A stretch of DNA of 63,979 nt, filler included, from Octopus bimaculoides (lineage: Eukaryota), in assembly GCF_001194135.2 (NCBI RefSeq). It is 5 parts of 4 records of this genome, joined end to end, with 100 filler letters (N's around TTAATTAATTAA, not from the genome) between each part and the next. Parts side by side here need not be neighbours in the genome. Positions count along the whole stretch, not along the records: positions 57,390 to 62,683 come from NC_068990.1; positions 62,784 to 63,979 come from NW_026336814.1; 3 more parts are not named here. The stretch is one strand, 5' to 3'. Positions 61,730 to 63,979 of this stretch are shown piece after piece. Positions within the stretch are counted from its first letter, which is position 1. The number at the start of each line of letters is the position of its first letter. The notes beneath the pieces are model-generated. The model searched no databases and was not told the origin of the DNA. It saw only the letters and a program-made list of their open reading frames with translations. Made by a program: the position numbers and the translations under genes.

Positions 61730-62237
61730 CTCTGTCTATATATATATATATATNNNNNNNNNNNNNNNNNNNNNNNNNNNNNNNNNNNNNNNNNNNNNNN
61801 NNNNNNNNNNNNNNNNNNNNNNNNNNNNNNNNNNNNNNNNNNNNNNNNNNNNNNNNNNNNNNNNNNNNNNNNNNNNNNNNNNNNNNNNNNNNNNNNNNNN
61901 NNNNNNNNNNNNNNNNNNNNNNNNNNNNNNNNNNNNNNNNNNNNNNNNNNNNNNNNNNNNNNNNNNNNNNNNNNNNNNNNNNNNNNNNNNNNNNNNNNNN
62001 NNNNNNNNNNNNNNNNNNNNNNNNNNNNNNNNNNNNNNNNNNNNNNNNNNNNNNNNNNNNNNNNNNNNNNNNNNNNNNNNNNNNNNNNNNNNNNNNNNNN
62101 NNNNNNNNNNNNNNNNNNNNNNNNNNNNNNNNNNNNNNNNNNNNNNNNNNNNNNNNNNNNNNNNNNNNNNNNNNNNNNNNNNNNNNNNNNNNNNNNNNNN
62201 NNNNNNNNNNNNNNNNNNNNNNNNNNNNNNNNNNNNN

Positions 62238-62313
<76 letters not shown>

Positions 62314-63094
62314 GATAATTTCAAATTATCTAGTACTACGTTCCAGGTCTGGTAACACATGATAGGAGATGCCTCCGTTACGCAAAACCCTCTTCTATTA
62401 AAATATTTCAGAATATAAACCGATTGTTGTAGTTTAATATATATGGTGAGAGTAGTAAGTATAGAGAGGGAGAAGGGAAAGACATAGAGATGGAGAGAGA
62501 GAAAGAAAAGGAAACGTAATACGAGAGAAAAGAAAACGTAATATCTATCTAATTAACTATTTACCCCTCTATTTTTCTCTCTCTCTCTCTTTATATAATA
62601 TATATATATACATACATACGCATACATACACATACGCACACACACACACACATATATACATACATACATACATACATATATATNNNNNNNNNNNNNNNNN
62701 NNNNNNNNNNNNNNNNNNNNNNNNNNNTTAATTAATTAANNNNNNNNNNNNNNNNNNNNNNNNNNNNNNNNNNNNNNNNNNNNAATACTAGCTAACTAAT
62801 AGTAAGATCACCACTAGTAATAGCAGCAGCAGCGGTGGTAGTAGTAGTAGTAGTAGTAGAAGAAGAAGAAGAGAAAAAAGAAGAAACAGCAGCCCTGGTG
62901 GATGGTTGCTAATGAAGTTATTTCGTGATTGACCTTAATTGTATTTCTTTAAGTTGAAATAAAAAAATTCATACATTTGGAGATGGGACAAAAAAAAAAA
63001 ACAAAAAAACAACGGGTGGTCGGTGGGGGGCGAACGTGAACCGACGGGACGACGACGACGACNNNNNNNNNNATATCACCACCTTTGCCACCAA

Positions 63095-63198
63095 AAGCCA
63101 ACAACAACAACAATAATAGCAACAAGTAACAGCCAACAACATTAATGACACCACACTAAAACAATGATAATAATAATATTAATGATGATGATGATGGA

Positions 63199-63256
<58 letters not shown>

Positions 63257-63446
63257 GTCGTAATGATGACAGTGTAACAACAAAAAAAGTATAAAGACAA
63301 AAAATAATAATAAATAATAATAATAATAATATGAGCGTAAACACTAATAAACGTAAGTTTGATACGAGAAGATCTGATTAAGAAGTTATGAACACCTGAC
63401 TGGGTTTGAATCCCTTTCTGGGCGGTTAAGTAGATGTACATAGGTG

Positions 63447-63517
<71 letters not shown>

Positions 63518-63604
63518 CATATATATATATATGCTACTTGTAAACTTATAAGTGTGTATGTATCGCTGTTAGCATGTCTCTGTCAGTGTTTTTGCTTATA
63601 TATG

Positions 63605-63647
<43 letters not shown>

Positions 63648-63942
63648 CTGTGTGTGTNNNNNNNNNNNNNNNNNNNNNNNTGTGTGTATGCATAGATATG
63701 TTCTTATAGGTAATTCTATACATGTATATGTGTAAATGTTTATATGTGTGTATCTATGTATATGTGGATATATAAGCATGTGCATATATATATATATATA
63801 TATATATACGTATATATATATATACATACATAAATATATATACGTATATGTATATATATGTGTGTACATACATATATAGGGTGTGATTAATCACACATGA
63901 TTACATAAAAAACAATATATAAATACCACAAATTATGTGTAC

Positions 63943-63979
<37 letters not shown>
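63095..63979. repeat. (AAC)n/(AAT)n/(GT)n/(TA)n microsatellite field
   Basis: Direct sequence. Confidence 0.9.

Overview
This is AT-rich, microsatellite-dense eukaryotic draft-assembly DNA with many N gaps. The repeat repertoire suggests a cephalopod (octopus-like) genome, which is my inference and not a database result. Most of the window is transposon debris: a full-length but broken RTE LINE (149-4107), R4/Dong-, HERO-, CR1-, Tx1- and RTE-type LINE fragments, Tc1/mariner remnants, hAT/piggyBac/mariner MITEs and three tRNA-derived SINE families. One gap-interrupted + strand exon (34233-34931) has strong splice signals, and a possible terminal exon lies near 59.5 kb. The most notable signal is a set of hammerhead-ribozyme motifs. 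A near-intact type I hammerhead lies at 40000-40066 with a second, different one exactly 300 nt upstream. Two copies of an inverted-repeat element (14.5 kb and 37.2 kb) carry minimal hammerheads of the Penelope-like type. I found no rRNA, intact tRNA gene or CRISPR array. Repeat boundaries were set by eye and are approximate.
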